A stretch of 32,000 nt of DNA from Mucisphaera calidilacus (GCF_007748075.1 NZ_CP036280.1:1050001-1082000), one strand, 5' to 3'; shown: positions 9,099 to 18,270, counted from the stretch's first letter. Numbers and translations are program-made. Notes: a model not told the origin generated them from the letters alone.

Positions 9099-9270
9099 AT
9101 TCCTCCAGCTGGCGCGTACCGGTTCGTGTTCATGCTGCGCTCACGGCGGTGATCCCGTTCGTGCAGACGATCAGGATGAACATCGTTCCGGCTCAATCCG
9201 GCTGCCTTTCGTGTTGCCGTCGCTCGAGCCGTACTGGCGAGCGTTTCGGCGTTCTGTTGTTTCCTGAGTT

Positions 9271-11037
9271 TCAATACGTGATGGAACGGCCACCAAACGC
9301 CTCAGGCATCATTCTTTCCGCTTCATCGCGAAGGTAATTTGAGACTTCGCGGTCTGAATCAAACGATCGGACCCTGCGGGCGATACGCTCGCACTGGCTC
9401 ATCGACACGGATCGTATCAGCTTCTTCACGCCCGGGATGGCCGGCGGCGTCACCGAGAGCGAACGGAGTCCGAGTCCCAGCAGTAGCAGGGCGAATTCCG
9501 GTTCCCCCGCCATCTCGCCGCACAGACTGATGCCGATCTTGGCACGCCGGGCAACACGCACGACGTCACGCACCAACGCGATCACAGCGGGATGGGCCGC
9601 CGAATACAGACTGGCGATCTTCTCATTACTTCGGTCGACAGCCACGGTGTACTGGATGAGGTCGTTGGTACCGACCGAGAAGAAGTCGACCTCTCGGGCG
9701 AAAGTCGCCGCCTGGATCGCGGCGGAGGGCACCTCGATCATCATCCCGATCGGGATGTCCTCGTTGAAAGGAATCCCCTGATCCTCGAGATCCTCGCACA
9801 CGTCCGAAAAAATCATGCGTGCCTGCCGCAACTCGTTGATGTTGCTGATAAGCGGGAACATCACACGCACCGGCCCCTCCGCACTCGCACGCAGAATCGC
9901 ACGGATCTGGGTTCGGAACATCGGGAGGTTCTGCAGGCACAGCCGGATCGATCGGCAGCCGAGGAAGGGGTTGCGCTCGGCGGTCGTGAGCGCACCGAGG
10001 CCGGGGGCCACCTTGTCAGCTCCAAGATCAAGCGTGCGGATCGTCAGGGGCCTGCCGTCGAGTGATCGGATCGCCTCGACGTAGCTGAGCACCTGCTCGT
10101 CCTCGGAAGGCGGCGACTCGGAGCCGAGGTAAAGGAATTCGGTTCGGTAGAGACCGACACCGACCGCTCCCTGCGCCAGCGCGTCGTGGATCTCCGTGGG
10201 AAACTCGATGTTGGCCAGAAGCTCGATCGCGACGCCGTCCGTGGTCTCGGCCGGCTTGGACTGGATCTCCGCCAGCTCGTTGGTGAAAGCGGCAAAACGC
10301 CGGGCCGCCTGCTGATAGGCAAGAACGCTCTCGGAGTCCGGGCTGATCACCACGCGGCCAAGGTTGCCGTCGATGATCACGGCATCACCCGACGTCACCG
10401 ACTGAGTCAGGTCACCAAGACCCACCACCGCCGGGATACCGAGCGCGTGCGCGAGGATCGCAGTGTGGCTGGTGCGCCCTCCCGCATCAATCGCGATCGC
10501 CATCACCTTGCTGCGGTCAAAATCGGCCGTCTGGCTCGGCGTCAGGTCGTGAGCGATCAGGACAACCGGCTCGGTGAGATCGTGCAGCTTGCTCTTGGCC
10601 GCCGGCCGCAATTCCTTGAGCACACGACGCTCAAGATCGTTGATGTCACCCACGCGGTCACGGAAGTAGCTGGCGTCCTGCTCAAGAAAGACGTCCTCGA
10701 GCCGCCGCAGGACCGTCGAGACGGCGTACTCGGCCGTGACCCGGTCTGCACGGATGAGCGTCCGGACCTGGTCCAGCAGATTCGTGTCATTGAGCATACC
10801 GATGTGGAAAGCGAAGATGCGCGCAAGCTCGCTGCCCAGGCTCTCGGTCGTCTGCTTCTCAAGGTCACGCAGCTGCTTGATCGAACGGGCGACCGCCTCG
10901 TCAAAAAGCGTCAGCTCGGTGAGAACCCGAGACGCCGGCACCGTGCGACGCGGCACCGGCTGGTCCTCCGAATCGAGAACCAGCGCCTTGTGCAACGCGA
11001 CGCCGGGTGATACCGGGATGCCCTGTTTGATCAGCAT
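9271..11037 (-). CDS. ptsI: Phosphoenolpyruvate-protein phosphotransferase (PTS Enzyme I)
   Basis: Motifs: MLIKQGIPVSPGVA N-terminus, phospho-His loop GGRTSHTAILAHALGIPAVVG, PEP-utiliser C-terminal domain (FFSVGTNDLIQY, CGEMAG). It is 588 aa with no GAF domain, so ptsI-type rather than ptsP. It lies 24 nt downstream of metK. No HPr or EII genes are in the window. Confidence 0.9.
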   Translation of the reverse strand: MLIKQGIPVSPGVALHKALVLDSEDQPVPRRTVPASRVLTELTLFDEAVARSIKQLRDLEKQTTESLGSELARIFAFHIGMLNDTNLLDQVRTLIRADRVTAEYAVSTVLRRLEDVFLEQDASYFRDRVGDINDLERRVLKELRPAAKSKLHDLTEPVVLIAHDLTPSQTADFDRSKVMAIAIDAGGRTSHTAILAHALGIPAVVGLGDLTQSVTSGDAVIIDGNLGRVVISPDSESVLAYQQAARRFAAFTNELAEIQSKPAETTDGVAIELLANIEFPTEIHDALAQGAVGVGLYRTEFLYLGSESPPSEDEQVLSYVEAIRSLDGRPLTIRTLDLGADKVAPGLGALTTAERNPFLGCRSIRLCLQNLPMFRTQIRAILRASAEGPVRVMFPLISNINELRQARMIFSDVCEDLEDQGIPFNEDIPIGMMIEVPSAAIQAATFAREVDFFSVGTNDLIQYTVAVDRSNEKIASLYSAAHPAVIALVRDVVRVARRAKIGISLCGEMAGEPEFALLLLGLGLRSLSVTPPAIPGVKKLIRSVSMSQCERIARRVRSFDSDREVSNYLRDEAERMMPEAFGGRSITY

Positions 11038-11061
11038 GCGGGACCCCGCTCCCAGGTGTGA

Positions 11062-12306
11062 TCAGCGAAGGGCCTTGGCCAAAGCGTCGGCCAAATCGGT
11101 CTTCTCCCAGGTGAACGTCTCGTACTGCTTGCCGTTGACACTGACCTTCCCGGGCTTCCGTCCGAAGTGGCCGTGGGCCGCCGTCAGCGTGTAAATCGGG
11201 CTGCGCAGCTTCAGGTGCTCAATGATCCCACGCGGCGTCAGCGGGAAGATGTCGACGATGGCCTCAGCCAACTCGTGCTCGTCGATCTTCGAGGTCCCGA
11301 ACGTCTCGACGTTCACCGACGTCGGCTCGGCAACACCGATCGCGTAGGAGAGCTGAACCTCGCACTGCTCCGCCAGCCTCGCGGCCACCACGTTCTTCGC
11401 CACGTAACGCGCCATGTAGGCCGCCGAACGGTCGACCTTCGAAGGGTCCTTGCCCGAGAAGGCGCCGCCGCCATGGCGTCCGCGCCCGCCGTAGGTGTCC
11501 ACGATAATCTTGCGACCCGTGAGACCGACGTCTCCGTGCGGGCCACCCACCTCGAACTGACCGGTCGGGTTGACGTGGATCGTGACCCGCTTCGGGTCGT
11601 AGAGCTTTTTGGGCATCACCGGGTTGATGACGTGCTTGATGATCTCCTGCTTGAGCTTCGCCTGCTTCTTCGCACCGTTCCAATCAGCCGTGTGCTGCGT
11701 GGAGAGAACCACGGTGTCGATGCACGCCGGACGACCGTTCTCGTCATACTCAACAGTCACCTGGCTCTTGGCGTCGGGCCGCAGACCCTTGATCTTGTTC
11801 GCGTTGCGGATCATCGCGTGACGCTCGACCAGGCGGTGGGACAGATCGATCGGCAACGGCATCAGCGACGCCGTCTCGCGGCAGGCGAAGCCGAACATCA
11901 GCCCCTGGTCGCCGGCACCCGGCTCCTTCTGCTTGCCCTTGGTCGTCTTGTCGTCGACACCACGGCTGATGTCGGCCGACTGGCCGTGGAAGGTACGCAC
12001 GACACCACAACCGTCAGCATCAAAACGCATGCCGATGTCGCCGGTGTAGCCGATCTTCTTGAGCGTGTCACGGCAGGCATCTTCCACGTCGTTCAGGGCG
12101 GCGACCGCCTTGGGCGTGTGGACCGTGATCTCACCACCGATGACGACAAGGCCCGTCGTGCACATCGTCTCGCAGGCCACGCGTGCAGCCGGGTCGAGAC
12201 CGATCAGGAGGTCGAGGACCGCGTCCGAGATCTGGTCGGAGACCTTGTCGGGGTGCCCCATGGAAACGGATTCGCTGGTAAAGAGGGTGTGGCCGCGCTT
12301 GGGCAT
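11062..12306 (-). CDS. metK: S-adenosylmethionine synthetase
   Basis: Motifs: [59 protein letters not shown]. The track ORF extends to 12537 (491 aa), but homology begins at MPKRGHTLF. That ATG is the revcomp of 12304-12306, giving a normal-length 414-aa protein. Confidence 0.93.
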   Translation of the reverse strand: MPKRGHTLFTSESVSMGHPDKVSDQISDAVLDLLIGLDPAARVACETMCTTGLVVIGGEITVHTPKAVAALNDVEDACRDTLKKIGYTGDIGMRFDADGCGVVRTFHGQSADISRGVDDKTTKGKQKEPGAGDQGLMFGFACRETASLMPLPIDLSHRLVERHAMIRNANKIKGLRPDAKSQVTVEYDENGRPACIDTVVLSTQHTADWNGAKKQAKLKQEIIKHVINPVMPKKLYDPKRVTIHVNPTGQFEVGGPHGDVGLTGRKIIVDTYGGRGRHGGGAFSGKDPSKVDRSAAYMARYVAKNVVAARLAEQCEVQLSYAIGVAEPTSVNVETFGTSKIDEHELAEAIVDIFPLTPRGIIEHLKLRSPIYTLTAAHGHFGRKPGKVSVNGKQYETFTWEKTDLADALAKALR

Positions 12307-12442
12307 GGTCTCGGTGTGTCCTTTCTGAGACGTGGGTTGGCGAGTTTCGTCCCGAATGCCTCGTTGTAACGGGGATAGTGAGTCACGGCAACCGGGCCGG
12401 GACCGATAACCGCACGCCGGTACAGGACGCTCGATCGTCACA

Positions 12443-12480
12443 GACGGCGCGACCCGATAGAAGTGACAACGCGCGCCATC
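12443..12480 (-). promoter_or_regulatory. 9-bp inverted repeat or hairpin in the metK / coiled-coil divergent intergenic region
   Basis: The minus-strand RNA GAUGGCGCG (12472-12480) pairs with CGCGCCGUC (12443-12451), giving 9 bp including one G-U and a 20-nt loop. On the + strand the same position is a C-A mismatch, so the stem is better on the metK-sense strand. Function unknown. Confidence 0.25.
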
Positions 12481-12484
12481 GGGC

Positions 12485-14305
12485 GTGCGATCGCAGCCAG
12501 GGAGTCCAGCCTTGAACGCCAACACGACAACAGCCAACAGCGGACAACTCGATCTGAACGCGACACGGGGCCTCCAGGCCGAACTCGCCAGTGTGGTCGA
12601 TCGGGCCCATCAGGAACGCCTGCGGCTTCTGAGGCTGATCCGTGAATTCGAGGCACGACTCGCCGAGGTCGGCACGCCCATCCCCGCAGCGAAGGTCCAG
12701 CGGCTAGCCGACAGGATCGGGATCCTCGACGACGCGGTCTCCCGTCGCATGGAAGAACTCGACTCCGAGACAGCGGCATCCGAACGAAGAGCCAGCGAGA
12801 TCGAACGGCTGATCGAACGCGCCGACGTGGCACGCGAGCGACTCGCCGAGAGCCAGAAGGCAAACGCCGAGGTCGAGTCCGCCGCGATCAGCCTGCAGAA
12901 GCAACTCCGTGAAGAACTCGAAGCGGGGACTCGCGAGCTGCGCGACCGCGCCGCCGACCTCGCTCAGCCCTTCCGCGAGGAACTCATCGCCGAGCAGGAA
13001 CGAGCACGCGAGCGACTGGCAATCGACGTCCAGGAGGTGGCAAGGCCCCTGGCACAGCACGTCGAGCGGCTCCTCAGCCACGCCGAAGAACAACTGGAAA
13101 AGCGCTTCGAACGCTTCGACGAACGCCTGGAGCAGGCGATACTCGACCGCATCGAGGACCAGAAACAACGCACCGAAGAGCAGTTCCGCGACTTGGCACA
13201 AGGCCTCGATCAGCGGTTCACAAGGGCCGCGGGCAAGGTCCGCGAGCAGGCAGGCGTCGTCGTCGAACAGTCACGAGAGATGATGCGCGAGCAGCTCGAC
13301 GCCTTCACCAACGAAATCCAGCAGCAGGCCGAGGCCTCACTCACTTCGGTGAAAGAGCGGCTGTCCGAGGGCAGCGACGCCTGTGTCGCCTCGCTCCGAG
13401 AACGGCTCGGACACGAGATCGAGGGCGTGCGCCGCGAGGCACAGGCCAACGCCGACGCCGCCATCAACACGACACAGAAACAGAACGAGAAACGGCTGCG
13501 CGACCTCGACGCAGCGGTGGAAAGCAGACGCGACGAACTCACGGCACGGATCGAGCAGGTCCGCGACGAGGCCGTTGAAAAGGCATCCTTCGCCGCCGAA
13601 CAGGTCGAGGCATCCATCCGACAGTCGATGGTCGAGGCCAACAGCCGCGCCGCGATCGCAGGCGAAGAACTCGTCGACGAACTCAAGGCCGAACTACAAC
13701 AACGCCACGAGAGCATGCTGGAGGTCTACCGCCAGCAGGCCGAACGCGCGTGGGACGTGGTCCGTGAGAAGGCCGACCACGCGATCGAACCCATCACCAC
13801 CCTCTGCGACGAGCGCGTGACACAGATGCGCGAACAGATCCAGAGCGTCTTCGAGACCGAGTCCAAGGCCATGCAGGACCGTATGAGCGACCTGCGCGAC
13901 GCGACGCACGCCATGGTCTCGCTCGTCGAAGCACAGCTGCGACGGCGTGTCGAGGGAATCCGACCGACCCTGGCCGACGAACTCACCAGGGCGCAGCAGG
14001 CCATCGAGCAGCGCATCACCCAGTCCGAGTCGCAGGCCGACGCACTCATCGAGGCGGGTGAGCAGCGGATCGCAGAGCGTCTGGAGGGCCTCCGCCCGCA
14101 GATCCAGAAACTGACACGCCAGGCCGACCAGTCGGTCCGCGAAGCACTGGCCTCGATCCGTCAGGCTATGGACCAGGCCGCGATCCAGAGCGACGGCAAG
14201 TCCGAAACAGTCGTGCAGCAGGGCTCTGTGGAAGGCGCACTGCCCGCCATGGCACGCAAGGTGGGCAAGGGCACGGGCAAGACCGAACGCTCCGAAGCAG
14301 CCTGA
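12485..14305 (+). CDS. Hypothetical 606-aa E/R/Q/A-rich coiled-coil protein with Pro-punctuated amphipathic-helix repeats (apolipoprotein-like), no TM helix or signal peptide seen
   Basis: Long ORF with G/C-dominated third codon positions, like its neighbours. The sequence is almost entirely helical heptad-like (…[24 protein letters not shown]…, …[24 protein letters not shown]…, …[20 protein letters not shown]…). GTG at 12485 is the longest start. TTG at 12512 is preceded by AGGGAG (12499-12504) at 7-nt spacing and may be the true start. I recognise no enzymatic motif. Confidence 0.7.
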   Translation: MRSQPGSPALNANTTTANSGQLDLNATRGLQAELASVVDRAHQERLRLLRLIREFEARLAEVGTPIPAAKVQRLADRIGILDDAVSRRMEELDSETAASERRASEIERLIERADVARERLAESQKANAEVESAAISLQKQLREELEAGTRELRDRAADLAQPFREELIAEQERARERLAIDVQEVARPLAQHVERLLSHAEEQLEKRFERFDERLEQAILDRIEDQKQRTEEQFRDLAQGLDQRFTRAAGKVREQAGVVVEQSREMMREQLDAFTNEIQQQAEASLTSVKERLSEGSDACVASLRERLGHEIEGVRREAQANADAAINTTQKQNEKRLRDLDAAVESRRDELTARIEQVRDEAVEKASFAAEQVEASIRQSMVEANSRAAIAGEELVDELKAELQQRHESMLEVYRQQAERAWDVVREKADHAIEPITTLCDERVTQMREQIQSVFETESKAMQDRMSDLRDATHAMVSLVEAQLRRRVEGIRPTLADELTRAQQAIEQRITQSESQADALIEAGEQRIAERLEGLRPQIQKLTRQADQSVREALASIRQAMDQAAIQSDGKSETVVQQGSVEGALPAMARKVGKGTGKTERSEAA

Positions 14306-14330
14306 ATAAAGTTCATTGAATCGCTCCCCG

Positions 14331-14366
14331 CAGGCCCACGGATCCCCCTCCGCGGGCCTGTATCAT
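14331..14366 (+). terminator. Weak candidate terminator hairpin after the coiled-coil gene
   Basis: CAGGCCC (14331-14337) pairs with GGGCCTG (14354-14360) across a 16-nt loop, followed by TATCATTT. The loop is large and the U-tract poor. Confidence 0.3.
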
Positions 14367-14372
14367 TTCCTA

Positions 14373-14407
14373 ACAGAGTCGAGTTGCCATACGGTTCAGG
14401 ACTCTGT
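14373..14407. promoter_or_regulatory. Perfect 8-bp inverted repeat (ACAGAGTC-N19-GACTCTGT) upstream of fumC
   Basis: Seen directly: acagagtc at 14373-14380 and gactctgt at 14400-14407, 37 nt upstream of the fumC ATG and followed by an AT-rich stretch (aagtcaatttagtctttttattcg). It could be an operator or a leader hairpin. Confidence 0.3.
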
Positions 14408-14443
14408 AGACTGGATCGAAAGTCAATTTAGTCTTTTTATTCG

Positions 14444-15886
14444 ATGATGGAGCAGCCCATGACCACCACCGTGACCGATGCACCGACCCGTATGGAAAAA
14501 GACTCGATGGGTGAGATGCCCGTCCCGGCCGATGCGTTGTACGGCGCCTCAACGGCACGCGCCGTTGACAACTTCCCGATCGCCAACGAGCCGCTGTCGC
14601 CCGCCATGATCTCCGCATTCGGCCACCTCAAGGCCGCCTGCGCTCAGGCGAACCTCGACCTCAGCAAGCTAGACGCCAAACTGGCCCAGGTGATCATCGC
14701 CGCGTCGGACGAAGTCGCCGACAACAAGTGGGACGACCACTTCCCCGTCGATATCTACCAGACCGGCTCCGGCACCAGCACCAACATGAACTCCAACGAG
14801 GTCATCGCCTCGCTGGCCAACGACAAACTCGGCCTGGGCCGCAGCGTCAAGGCCGAGGGCGGCGTGCACCCCAACGACCACGTCAACATGGGGCAGTCGT
14901 CCAACGACACCTTCCCCGCAGCCATGCACATCGCCGGTGCCCTCTCGATCCAGAACCAACTCCTCCCCGCGCTCAAGAACCTCAAAGCAGCTCTCGACGA
15001 CAAGGCCAAGACCTGGGACAAGGTCCTCAAGACCGGGCGCACGCACCTCATGGACGCCACCCCCATCCGCATGGGACAGGTCTTCTCCGGCTACGCAGCT
15101 CAGGTCGGCTGGTCGATCGATCGGGCCGAGTGGGCCCTCAAGGAAATGCTCGTCAACGTGCCCATCGGCGGCACCGCGGTCGGCACCGGCATCAACACCC
15201 ATCCCGACTTCGCCGGCAAGGTCTGTGCGACGCTCTCCAAACGCGCCGGCGTGACCTTCCAGGAAGCCGAGAACCACCCCGAGGCCCAGGCAGCCAAGGA
15301 CTCCTTCGTCTCGGCCCACGGCCACCTCAAGACGATCGCGACCTCCTTCACCAAGATCGCCAACGACATCCGCTGGCTCGGCTCCGGCCCACGCTGCGGC
15401 ATCGGCGAACTCCAGCTCCCCGCCATCCAGCCCGGGTCCTCGATCATGCCCGGCAAGGTCAACCCCGTCATCTGCGAATCCATGATCCAGGTCGCCTGCC
15501 GCGTCATGGGCAACGACGCCACCGTCACCGCCTCAGGGCTCGGCGGCATCGGCTCGGTCTTCGAACTCAACGTCGCGATGCCCGTCATGATCGAGGCCTT
15601 CCTCGAGTCGGTGAAGCTGCTGGCGAACGTCTCGAACGTCTTCGTCGACAAGCTCCTCCAGGACCTCATCGTCAACGAGGAACGCTGCACCGAGCTGCTC
15701 GAAGCCTCCCTCATGACGATCACGGCACTCGCACCCGAAGTCGGCTACGACAAGTGCGCCGGCCTCGCCAAGCAGGCTCACAACGAGAACAAGACCATCA
15801 AAGAACTGGTCAGCGAGCTCAAGCTCATGCCCGAGGATCGCCTCGCCGAGCTGATGAACTACGACGCCATGACGCGGCCGAGCTGA
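14444..15886 (+). CDS. fumC: Class II fumarate hydratase (fumarase C; aspartase/fumarase superfamily)
   Basis: Motifs: EKDSMGEMPVPADALYGA, QTGSGTSTNMN, HPNDHVNMGQSSND, ANDIRWLGSGPRCGIGEL and signature GSSIMPGKVNP. The QTGSGT, QSSND and SGPRCG variants match FumC rather than AspA. Confidence 0.85.
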   Translation: MMEQPMTTTVTDAPTRMEKDSMGEMPVPADALYGASTARAVDNFPIANEPLSPAMISAFGHLKAACAQANLDLSKLDAKLAQVIIAASDEVADNKWDDHFPVDIYQTGSGTSTNMNSNEVIASLANDKLGLGRSVKAEGGVHPNDHVNMGQSSNDTFPAAMHIAGALSIQNQLLPALKNLKAALDDKAKTWDKVLKTGRTHLMDATPIRMGQVFSGYAAQVGWSIDRAEWALKEMLVNVPIGGTAVGTGINTHPDFAGKVCATLSKRAGVTFQEAENHPEAQAAKDSFVSAHGHLKTIATSFTKIANDIRWLGSGPRCGIGELQLPAIQPGSSIMPGKVNPVICESMIQVACRVMGNDATVTASGLGGIGSVFELNVAMPVMIEAFLESVKLLANVSNVFVDKLLQDLIVNEERCTELLEASLMTITALAPEVGYDKCAGLAKQAHNENKTIKELVSELKLMPEDRLAELMNYDAMTRPS

Positions 15887-15911
15887 TCACCCCCCAGACT
15901 CTCTCCTCCTC

Positions 15912-17066
15912 CTAAGCCCCGGACCCCGTGTCCGGGGTTTTTCGATGCGCCGCCGGGTCCGACCCGGGCTTGCCCTGCCACGCAAAACGGTGTTTGAGCC
16001 TCAGGAAAGGCGACTCATAGAAGCGGAAGCTGACCGCCGCGATGAGGATGGTCACGGGCAGAGAGAGCAAGAACAACGAGCCGTTGAACTGCAGCACCGA
16101 CACACGCTCGATGAGCTCGCGCGCGATGTGGATCGCGAACATGTGGAACAGGTACATGCCGTAGCTGATCGCACCGATCCACGCGACCGGCCACCAGCCC
16201 AGAACCCGCGCCAGCAGGTGATCCTCACGGACGACTACCGACGCGAGCCAGACGAACATCAGCAACTGTATCGCCATGCGCGGCCAGCCCGAGATGTCGG
16301 ACGGCGCGAAGGCGACGAGGGCAAGCAACCCAGCGCCCCATGCGATGGGTGACCATCGCGGAGCCGTGATGGATTCGATGAGCCTGAAACCGGCAGGGCG
16401 GTGCAGCAGATGGGCCAGCAGCACGCCCAGCAGGATCGGGGTGAAGGTCGAATCCAGGATGTGCAGATCAGGCTCGACGCCGAAAGCCGAACGCCAGGCA
16501 TCATCAAGCAGCCCGTAGTTGATCGCCTGATTCAGCAGCAGGCCCAACGCGAGCACAATCCAGACACCCGCCTGCGGCAGAAACTTCTCGATCGCGGGCC
16601 AGACAAGATAAAACTGTTCCTCCGCGGCGAGCGACCAGACAACACTCATGTTGGGCGTCGCGACGTGCACCCAGTTGCTCGTGTACGTCAGAAAGAAGGG
16701 CAGGTCAGACCAGTACGCGTCGCTGCCGTTGAACGCCGGCCGGATCAGATACAGCAGCCCGAGCGCAAGGATCAGGCCGTAATAGACCGGAAAAATACGA
16801 AGCGAACGCCGCATGTAAAAATCACGGAGCGAGATGCGTTGGCGCGTCTCACGCTCGCGCAGCAGCAGCGTGACAATCAGGTAGCCGCTGAGGACAAAAA
16901 ACAGGTCCACACCCAGATAGCCACGCGCAAAGAAAGCGATATCGGACCCGATGCTGTGATGCCAGATCACCGCAACGATCGCAATGCACCGAACGCCGTC
17001 AAGACTCCCGAACGTCCGTCGCCGACGGTAGTCATCAAAGCCCGATGCCGGTGCGTCGCTTCCCAT
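15912..17066 (-). CDS. Integral-membrane acyltransferase, acyltransferase-3 (OafA/YrhL-like) family
   Basis: The N-terminal LDGVRCIAIVAVIWHHS motif is typical of acyltransferase_3, with about 10 predicted TM helices and no SGNH domain. ATG is preceded by GGAGAGGGC (Shine-Dalgarno). It lies 27 nt downstream of gcvT. Confidence 0.8.
   Translation of the reverse strand: MGSDAPASGFDDYRRRRTFGSLDGVRCIAIVAVIWHHSIGSDIAFFARGYLGVDLFFVLSGYLIVTLLLRERETRQRISLRDFYMRRSLRIFPVYYGLILALGLLYLIRPAFNGSDAYWSDLPFFLTYTSNWVHVATPNMSVVWSLAAEEQFYLVWPAIEKFLPQAGVWIVLALGLLLNQAINYGLLDDAWRSAFGVEPDLHILDSTFTPILLGVLLAHLLHRPAGFRLIESITAPRWSPIAWGAGLLALVAFAPSDISGWPRMAIQLLMFVWLASVVVREDHLLARVLGWWPVAWIGAISYGMYLFHMFAIHIARELIERVSVLQFNGSLFLLSLPVTILIAAVSFRFYESPFLRLKHRFAWQGKPGSDPAAHRKTPDTGSGA
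15917..15942 (+). terminator. Rho-independent terminator of fumC
   Basis: An 8-bp GC-rich stem, CCCCGGAC (15917-15924) with GTCCGGGG (15930-15937), a 5-nt loop, then TTTTT (15938-15942). It lies inside the last codons of the convergent acyltransferase ORF. Confidence 0.75.
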
Positions 17067-17093
17067 GCCCTCTCCATCGACGATCGGACCGGC

Positions 17094-18230
17094 CTAACTC
17101 AATCCGTCCCGGGTAAAGGGCAGTTTGCAGACCCGCGCGGGAACGATCGTCTTGCCGCCCGCCAGACCGACCTCGACCGTAGTACCGACTTCAATACCTG
17201 ACCGAAGGCGTGCGATGGCCACGGGACCGGGCTGGGTGGGAGCCAGACAGCCCGAGGTGACCGCACCAACAGGGTTGCCCTCCAGCACGACAGGGTCGTG
17301 CTGGCGAGGTGTACGCCGTCCCTCCAGACGCAGGCCCAGCGTCTGACGCCCCGGGCCTCTTGCCACGACCGCCTCGATGGCGTCCTGACCGATAAAACGC
17401 GGGATCACCGGGCCGTCCGGATCGGGCTCGGTCAGCGTCACACCGAAGCCCAGGCCGGCCGTGATCGGGTCCGTCTCCGCATCGATCTCGTGCCCGTAGA
17501 GCGACATCCCCGCCTCGATACGCAGAGAGTCACGCGCCGCCAGCCCCGCCGGCTTGATGTTCAGACCACGCTTCTCAGCCTCGTCGCGCAGCATCCCCAC
17601 GGCACGTCCCGCGAGCGAGGTCGGCATGATGACCTCAACCCCGTCCTCACCCGTGTAACCGGTACGCGACACGGTGAGCTTGAAGAGCAGCAGATTCTTG
17701 ACCGTGAAGCCATAACGACGCAGCTTGCCGACGTCGCGCGAAACCGGCTCCAGCACGCTCATGGCCTGAGGACCCTGAATCGCCACCATCGCGGTCTTCT
17801 CGGTGGTGTCGTTGATCGTGACCTTGAACCGATCGCCGCGGAGCGCCTCCATGTGCTCAAGGACACCCGCCCGGTTCGAGGCGTTGACCACCAGCAACCA
17901 GTGCTCGGCGAAGCGGTAAACGAGCGCGTCATCGAGCACGCCGCCTTGCTCGTTACAGATCAGCGTGTAGCGGCAGGTCATTTCCGCCATGTCGGTGACA
18001 CGCCGCGTAAGCAGGGTCTCCAGATACTGCCGAGCGTCACGACCCTTCACCTCGACACGACCCATGTGCGACACGTCGAACAGCGACACCGCACTCCGCG
18101 TGTGCTCGTGCTCGGCGATCGCCGAACCATAACTCAGAGGCATCTGCCAGCCGGCGAAATCAACGAGCTTGGCGCCCTGCTCTTCGTGGTAGGCGTGGAA
18201 CGGGCTGCGACGGAGCGTGTCGGTGGTCAT
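17094..18230 (-). CDS. gcvT: Glycine cleavage system aminomethyltransferase (T protein)
   Basis: Motifs: SPFHAYHEEQGAKLVDFAGWQMPLSYGS..EHEHTRSAVSLFDVSHMGRVEVKG and TGYTGEDGVEV. No gcvH or gcvP is adjacent. Confidence 0.9.
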   Translation of the reverse strand: MTTDTLRRSPFHAYHEEQGAKLVDFAGWQMPLSYGSAIAEHEHTRSAVSLFDVSHMGRVEVKGRDARQYLETLLTRRVTDMAEMTCRYTLICNEQGGVLDDALVYRFAEHWLLVVNASNRAGVLEHMEALRGDRFKVTINDTTEKTAMVAIQGPQAMSVLEPVSRDVGKLRRYGFTVKNLLLFKLTVSRTGYTGEDGVEVIMPTSLAGRAVGMLRDEAEKRGLNIKPAGLAARDSLRIEAGMSLYGHEIDAETDPITAGLGFGVTLTEPDPDGPVIPRFIGQDAIEAVVARGPGRQTLGLRLEGRRTPRQHDPVVLEGNPVGAVTSGCLAPTQPGPVAIARLRSGIEVGTTVEVGLAGGKTIVPARVCKLPFTRDGLS

Positions 18231-18270
18231 GAAAAGACTCTACACATTGAGCGGGGCCTCTGCCGGGTTC

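Noticed and set aside
9077-9274. A 65-aa basic ORF (TTG start) filling the ptsI-rne intergenic region.
   Set aside because: Third-position GC is only about 55%, whereas neighbouring genes are strongly G/C-ending. It has a TTG start, no Shine-Dalgarno and no recognisable motif. It is more likely an untranslated rne leader.
12307-12480. Canonical SAM-I/SAM-IV riboswitch upstream of metK.
   Set aside because: The conserved core strings are not present in the right order on the metK-sense strand. GGCAACC occurs only on the opposite strand. It is kept as an open question in the findings but not called as a feature.
12307-12537. A 77-codon N-terminal extension of metK in the supplied ORF (491 aa).
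   Set aside because: MetK homology starts exactly at MPKRGHTLF (ATG at 12306), giving a normal 414-aa protein. The extension (…[17 protein letters not shown]…) has non-native composition and would overlap the divergent gene's start region.
14444-15886. Alternative call of this gene as aspartate ammonia-lyase (aspA).
   Set aside because: The diagnostic variants QTGSGT, GQSSND and SGPRCGIGE match class II fumarase rather than aspartase (QGGAGTS, CQSTND, SGPRAGL). A residual possibility remains, since both belong to one superfamily.
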